Shown here in pieces: positions 58,713 to 64,000 of a stretch of DNA of 64,000 nucleotides. A program made the translations under genes and the position numbers. The first letter of the stretch is position 1. Every line of letters begins with the position of its first letter. The notes under the pieces are model-generated. The model was given only the letters and a program-made list of their open reading frames with translations, had not been told where the DNA came from and did not search any database. This stretch comes from Gammaproteobacteria bacterium (GTDB taxonomy: Bacteria > Pseudomonadota > Gammaproteobacteria > Steroidobacterales > Woeseiaceae): positions 9,525 through 73,524 of the forward strand of contig JAUIDP010000005.1 of NCBI GenBank assembly GCA_030429005.1. Direction: 5' to 3'.

Positions 58713-60248
58713 ATGAGCGAACCAGGGAAATTTCTGCGGCCGTTGCTTTTCAGCATGCTGGTACTTGCTGGAAGCGCCTACGCACAGGACAAACCGAACA
58801 TTATTGTGATCTGGGGTGACGACGTCGGCTGGTACAACATCAGCGCGTACAACCTCGGCGTGATGGGTTACGAGACGCCAAATATCGACCGGATTGCGAA
58901 AGAAGGTGCGCTGTTCACGGACTGGTATGGCCAGCAAAGCTGCACGGCCGGCCGCGCAGCATTCATCACCGGCCAATCGCCGATTCGCACCGGACTCCTG
59001 AAGGTCGGCCTGCCGGGCGCAAAAGAGGGCCTGATGGAAGCCGATCCGACAATTGCCGGCCTGCTCAAAGAGTACGGCTACATGACCGCGCAGTACGGCA
59101 AGAATCATCTCGGCGACCTCGATGAGCATTTGCCGACCAATCACGGCTTCGACGAGTTTCTCGGCAACCTGTACCACCTGAATGCCGAAGAAGAACCGGA
59201 AAATCCGGATTACCCGAAAGGCGCTGCGTTTCGCGAGAAATTCGGCCCGCGCGGAGTCATAAAATCGACATCCGACGGACAGATTGAGGACACCGGTCCG
59301 CTGACGAAAAAGCGCATGGAGACCATCGATGAAGAAGTCACAGCCGGCGCGCTCGACTTTATCGACCGCGCGGTCGCCGATGACAAGCCGTTCTTCCTGT
59401 GGTGGAACTCCACCCGCATGCATATCTTTACCCACCTGAAAGAGGAATCGCAGGGTGTGACCGGCCTGGGCATCTACCCCGACGGCATGGTCGAACACGA
59501 CGGCATGGTTGGTCAGCTGCTGGACAAGCTCGATGAACTGGGCATTGCCGACAACACGATTGTCATGTATTCCACGGACAATGGCGCCGAAGTGATGACC
59601 TGGCCGGATGGCGGCACAACACCGTTCGCTGGCGAGAAGAATACGCAGTGGGAAGGCGGTTACCGCGTCCCCATGATGATCCGCTGGCCCGGTGTCATTG
59701 AGCCGGGCACGCGCATCAACGACATCGGCTCGCACGAAGACATGCTGCCCACCTTTGTCGCTGCTGCCGGCTCGGACGACATCAAGGAACGCCTGCTGGA
59801 AGGCGGCGTAAGGGCGATAGGCCGCCGCTACAATGTCCACCTGGATGGCTACAACCTGCTACCGGCATTGCAGGGAGACGCCGAGTGGCCGCGCCACGAG
59901 TTCCTTTACTGGACTGACGATGGCAACCTGGCCGCACTGCGCTACGACCAGTGGAAAGTCCATTTCCTGGAGCAGCGCGGTCATGGCTTCGATGTCTGGC
60001 AAGAACCTTTCGTCGAACTGCGATTGCCAAAACTCGTCAGCCTGCGCTCGGACCCGTTCGAAAGAGCGCATCACGAAGGCATGGGATACCAGCAATGGCG
60101 GCTCGAACGCGCGTTCGTTCTGGTGCCGGCGCAGGCTTATGTTGGCAATTGGCTGGCTTCGTTTGAAAAGTACCCGCCGAGACAGAAGCCCGGAAGTTTC
60201 AGCCTGTCACAGGTTATGGATAAATTGACGGATACGCCGAGCAACTAG
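58713..60248 (+). CDS. Arylsulfatase (formylglycine-dependent, Cys type)
   Basis: KPNIIVIWGDDVG, SCTAGRAAFITG, GKNHLG, STDNG and EGGYRVP motifs. Confidence 0.92.
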   Translation: MSEPGKFLRPLLFSMLVLAGSAYAQDKPNIIVIWGDDVGWYNISAYNLGVMGYETPNIDRIAKEGALFTDWYGQQSCTAGRAAFITGQSPIRTGLLKVGLPGAKEGLMEADPTIAGLLKEYGYMTAQYGKNHLGDLDEHLPTNHGFDEFLGNLYHLNAEEEPENPDYPKGAAFREKFGPRGVIKSTSDGQIEDTGPLTKKRMETIDEEVTAGALDFIDRAVADDKPFFLWWNSTRMHIFTHLKEESQGVTGLGIYPDGMVEHDGMVGQLLDKLDELGIADNTIVMYSTDNGAEVMTWPDGGTTPFAGEKNTQWEGGYRVPMMIRWPGVIEPGTRINDIGSHEDMLPTFVAAAGSDDIKERLLEGGVRAIGRRYNVHLDGYNLLPALQGDAEWPRHEFLYWTDDGNLAALRYDQWKVHFLEQRGHGFDVWQEPFVELRLPKLVSLRSDPFERAHHEGMGYQQWRLERAFVLVPAQAYVGNWLASFEKYPPRQKPGSFSLSQVMDKLTDTPSN

Positions 60249-60298
60249 TGACTGAAGAGCCTGGTTGCGGCTGACTGGATTGCCGACCGGACTCCAAA

Positions 60299-62185
60299 TC
60301 AATCGCGCAACTGTTCGCTGACGGCGCGATCGGCACTGTCGATCGCGCCGTTAACGTAAGCGTATGCCTCGGAATCTGAATTCGCTATCGAGATCCGCCC
60401 CAGCTGCTGGCGCCCTTCGATGTGCGGCCCGTGCTGTCGGTCGAAATTGTCGGGCAATCCCAGTCCTTCGTATTCATAGGCGTAGCCGTGCGGCCAGCGG
60501 TTCAGAGTGATTGCTGCAACGTCACGCTCTGCATCAAAACCATACGGTCCCAGCATACTGTCGAAATGCCCCAGTGCATTTTCCTCGAATTCTGCAAAAC
60601 TCATTTGCATCAGCTTCGCCCGGCCGGCGCGAAACTGGTCTCGAATGGGCAGGCCGCGTGTCGTCGGCGAGTACCACGCCGAAAGTACGATAGGCTCGTC
60701 AGGGCTCCTCGCAAAATTGTAGTCGCCGATACTCACCGGGAAATCGAGCGACGCGTGTTTGAAATAGACGTCCCCCGGGGTGTAGACCTGCCGGAGCCCG
60801 GCCTGCCGGAAAGCGCGCCAGTTGCGCAACGCAAAACTGCCGATGACAAAAGGGATCTTCGGCGAGTATCGAATGGCCTCTGCCTGTGAGGCCGGCATGT
60901 CCGGACAGATGTGCGGCAAGATGCCGTTGTAACAGGCCATGACGACATGGCGTGCACGGGAACGATACACTGAGCCTTCCCGCACGTACGTGACATCGAC
61001 AAACTTTCCATCCGCGGAATTGCTGGCATGTACAGCCGTACTGTTCAGCCGTATCCGGGTTTGTGCACCCGCCTCGTCAAGGCGCGCATAGTCGGCGCGT
61101 GCCGTGACGAGATCCTGCATCGTCGACCCTGGCACCGCCGCCGGAACCAGGTCGCGGACCAGGGCACGCGCCACGCTGGCATTGCCGTCCGGGAAATGAA
61201 AGATGTAGGGCTCCCGGTCACCTTCTTGCTGCTGGACTCCCAGTTCCCAGGTCCCTGGAAACCAGTAATCCGCAGCCTTGCTCGCCTTTTCGGCCTCCCA
61301 GCCAACCGAGATCATTTGCAGGAAAGTGTCCTGCAGAAAGGCGCAAATGCTCTCGGGCATGCCGGCGTATTCCCGCAGGAATTCCAGGTAGGAAATCTTG
61401 TCCAGGACAGCGGATTTTTCGTCCGGCGTCCTGCCCTCCAGGTAGTCGACACCGCCCACCAGCAGCCGCCGGAGTGCGGCCCTGTCTTCGCTGGAGAACG
61501 GCATCGCTGCAACTGCGGCATCCAGTTCCCCTTCCTGCAATCCGCCACCGGCCAGGCCTGCTATCGGATTGACCACCAGTTTGTCGGTCCCGTAGGTCGG
61601 CTTGTCGAAAAATACCTGTGCACGCATACCGCGGCTCGAATAAAACTCCTGGTCGAAGTACTCGTAGAAGCGCTGTAAATCGAACGACAGTCCGGTGAGC
61701 AACTCCCGTGCAACGGCAGAGTACCTGGCCGGCCTGTCGATACTCTGGCTGCCGCCATAGGCGAGCAGCTGCTTGCCGTCGACATCAAACTCGTTGCGGC
61801 GCGCGTGGCCACCAAAGTCATCGTGATTGTCCAGGACCAGGGTCCTGCCCGGCGCCGTCGCGCGATCCCGAAAAAACTTTGCAGCCGACAGGCCGGAGAT
61901 GCCGGCGCCAACGACTATCAGGTCGTAAGTCGGGTCTGTTTGCCGCCTCGGTCTCTGGTAACGCTTGCCGAACCGGGCGACATCATGAGCGACTTCGAAG
62001 GAACCGTCATGACTGCCCCGCATGCCGGTCAAGGCCGGCGGATAGTAAACGCCACTTCCTGCACGGCCGGGTCCGCCTGCCGTTTGCGCCAGGATATCGA
62101 GCGGTGAGAGTGTCGTGCCGAGCGCGAGGCTGAGCGCAGTGCCGTTGATAAAGTCGCGCCGATTGATCTTCGATTGCTTCGCCAA
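60299..62185 (-). CDS. Second Tat-exported SpdH-like FAD oxidoreductase
   Basis: TTG start with RBS GGAGAG; NRRDFI; same motif set as 48451-50376. Confidence 0.85.
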   Translation of the reverse strand: MAKQSKINRRDFINGTALSLALGTTLSPLDILAQTAGGPGRAGSGVYYPPALTGMRGSHDGSFEVAHDVARFGKRYQRPRRQTDPTYDLIVVGAGISGLSAAKFFRDRATAPGRTLVLDNHDDFGGHARRNEFDVDGKQLLAYGGSQSIDRPARYSAVARELLTGLSFDLQRFYEYFDQEFYSSRGMRAQVFFDKPTYGTDKLVVNPIAGLAGGGLQEGELDAAVAAMPFSSEDRAALRRLLVGGVDYLEGRTPDEKSAVLDKISYLEFLREYAGMPESICAFLQDTFLQMISVGWEAEKASKAADYWFPGTWELGVQQQEGDREPYIFHFPDGNASVARALVRDLVPAAVPGSTMQDLVTARADYARLDEAGAQTRIRLNSTAVHASNSADGKFVDVTYVREGSVYRSRARHVVMACYNGILPHICPDMPASQAEAIRYSPKIPFVIGSFALRNWRAFRQAGLRQVYTPGDVYFKHASLDFPVSIGDYNFARSPDEPIVLSAWYSPTTRGLPIRDQFRAGRAKLMQMSFAEFEENALGHFDSMLGPYGFDAERDVAAITLNRWPHGYAYEYEGLGLPDNFDRQHGPHIEGRQQLGRISIANSDSEAYAYVNGAIDSADRAVSEQLRD

Positions 62186-62235
62186 GGCCCTCTCCGGATC
62201 CCGAGGCGATTCAGTCTCAACCAATACCGGCGTGT

Positions 62236-63144
62236 TTACAAGATGCTTCGCCCCAGCGCACTCTGTACCAGCGCGACGGCGCGCTCTGCCGAGATATTGC
62301 CGTGATCGATGAACGGGTTCAGCTCGACGACCTCTAGCGACGTCAACCGGCCGTCTTCCGCGCACAGCTCCAGCAACAGGTGCGCTTCCCTGTAACTCAC
62401 ACCACCCGGCACCAGTGTCCCGGAGCCCGGGATCACCGACGGGTCGCAACCGTCCAGGTCGAAACTGACATGGAAGCCGGCCGTGCCGCGATTGACAACT
62501 TCGAGGGCCTGCTGCGCCACCGAGCTCATGCCCTGCTCGTCGATGTCGCGCATCGTAAACGCAGTGATACCGGACTTGCGGATGATGTCACGCTCGCCGC
62601 GATCGATATCCCGGATACCGATCAGCGCGACGTGTTCCGGCTTGACGGCCGGGTGGCTGCCAAACACGTTCGACAGGTCTGGGTCCCCATGACCCAGCAA
62701 GTGAGCCAGCGGCATGCCATGCACATTGCCGGTGGGCGATGTTTCCGGCAGGTTCATATCGCCATGGGCATCGAACCAGATCAGGCCCAGTTCCTGCTTC
62801 TGTTTGCGAAAATGCGCCGAGATACCCGACACCGTGCCCATCGCAATCGAATGATCGCCACCGATGACCAGCGGAATCTCGGCATCCTGCATTGCCTGGC
62901 AGGCGACCGCGGCAAGGCTTTCGCAGACTGCCAGGATCTCTTCCTTGAAACGCGTACGGGAATCGTCGGTGTTGCGCGTCTCCATGGACGGCACCGGAAT
63001 ATCGGTTTCCGCGGTCAGGTCGTAACCCAGCCGGGAGACGGCCCGGCTCAGGCCCGCAATTCGAAACGCCGATGGCCCGGCATCCGTGCCGCGCCGGGAA
63101 GCGCCCAGGTCGAGTGGCACATTAATGATGTGAACAGGCTTCAT
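62236..63144 (-). CDS. rocF: Arginase
   Basis: GGDHSIA, DAHGDMN, GNVHGMP, SFDLDG and VELNP motifs. Confidence 0.92.
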   Translation of the reverse strand: MKPVHIINVPLDLGASRRGTDAGPSAFRIAGLSRAVSRLGYDLTAETDIPVPSMETRNTDDSRTRFKEEILAVCESLAAVACQAMQDAEIPLVIGGDHSIAMGTVSGISAHFRKQKQELGLIWFDAHGDMNLPETSPTGNVHGMPLAHLLGHGDPDLSNVFGSHPAVKPEHVALIGIRDIDRGERDIIRKSGITAFTMRDIDEQGMSSVAQQALEVVNRGTAGFHVSFDLDGCDPSVIPGSGTLVPGGVSYREAHLLLELCAEDGRLTSLEVVELNPFIDHGNISAERAVALVQSALGRSIL

Positions 63145-63187
63145 CGGGTCATCCTTTTTGCTGATTCTCGCATAATTCCACCGGTGT

Positions 63188-64000
63188 TCAGGCTGCTTTA
63201 CGCCGGTGTCCGCGGCCCTCGCCGTCCAGCACACGGGAGAACAGGTCTTTCGGGTCGTCCAGCTCCGGGATCAGCCGGATTTGGTCGCCTTCGCCGAGCT
63301 CGGTTGCCAGCCGGTGGACGTAGCGCAATGCCGAAAAATCCTCGAGCGCAAAACCGACGGAGTCGAATATCGTGACTTGTTCATCGTTATCGCGTCCGGC
63401 AGCGCGACCGGCAATCACCTCCCACAGACCGTGGACCGGATGCTCCGGATCCAGTTGCTGGATATCGCCTTCGACGCGTGTCTGCGGTTCGTACTCCACG
63501 AAAATCTTGCCGGCGCGCAGGACATCAGCATGAAGCTCGGTCTTGCCGGGACAATCGCCACCGATGCCATTGATGTGCATGCCGGGTTCAATCATATCTG
63601 GCGTCAGTATCGTGGCCCAGGTCTTGTCAGCCGTACAGGTGACGACGACATCGGCACCCGCCACCGCTGCCTGCGGTGTCGCAGCCGGCACGACGCGCAA
63701 TTGCGGGAACCGCAGCAGGTGCCGCTGCAATTTTTGCATGGCTGCCGGATCGATGTCGTAGATGCGCACCTCCTCGATACCGAGGATTGTATGCAGCGCG
63801 ATAGCCTGGAACTCACTTTGCGCACCACAACCAATCATGCCAAGCACCTTCGAATCCGGCCGCGCCAAGGCCTCGGACGCGATCGCCGTAGCCGCCGCCG
63901 TGCGAAACGCTGTCGTCAATGTCAGCTCGGACAGCAGGACCGGAAAGCCCGTCTCGGTTTCGGCCAGCGCACCGAAAGCCATGACCGTTGAGACGCCCTT
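63188..64000 (-). CDS. Ornithine cyclodeaminase (5' end outside the window)
   Basis: TAFRTAA, IGCGAQSEFQ, GGDCPGKTEL and FDSVGFALED motifs; upstream of arginase. Confidence 0.92.
   Translation of the reverse strand, partial: KGVSTVMAFGALAETETGFPVLLSELTLTTAFRTAAATAIASEALARPDSKVLGMIGCGAQSEFQAIALHTILGIEEVRIYDIDPAAMQKLQRHLLRFPQLRVVPAATPQAAVAGADVVVTCTADKTWATILTPDMIEPGMHINGIGGDCPGKTELHADVLRAGKIFVEYEPQTRVEGDIQQLDPEHPVHGLWEVIAGRAAGRDNDEQVTIFDSVGFALEDFSALRYVHRLATELGEGDQIRLIPELDDPKDLFSRVLDGEGRGHRRKAA

Overview
GC-rich bacterial chromosomal segment, probably gammaproteobacterial. The gene content (oadGAB, many secreted peptidases and amidohydrolases, a sulfatase, a GlyGly-CTERM protease) suggests a marine heterotroph such as Woeseiales; this is inference. 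It carries about 50 CDS: the Na+-pumping oxaloacetate decarboxylase, an M28 peptidase, an Omp85-family barrel, a MacAB-like ABC exporter, a NoeA-like/sulfatase-like surface-modification module, a TonB receptor, MTHFR, RhlE, NhaA, an arylsulfatase, two spermidine-dehydrogenase-like paralogs, arginase and ornithine cyclodeaminase. No rRNA, tRNA, CRISPR array, transposase or integrase was recognised. The main candidate for something new is ~11.3-19.2 kb: a run of co-oriented, unrelated, partly AT-richer accessory genes, including an orphan Rap1a-type immunity gene. Almost every spacer holds a degenerate ~28-bp dyad site (8-bp arm, 12-bp spacer with a TGGCCG-like core, 8-bp arm). It looks like a gene-cassette array that is neither attC- nor dif-based, but no recombinase lies in the window. 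Other notable items are a secreted SH3b-collagen-S74 chaperone fibre protein, a RAPP-ending DUF2946-like leader ahead of a Met/His-rich barrel, and a TetR operator pair. All family calls are by motif recognition only; no searches were run.
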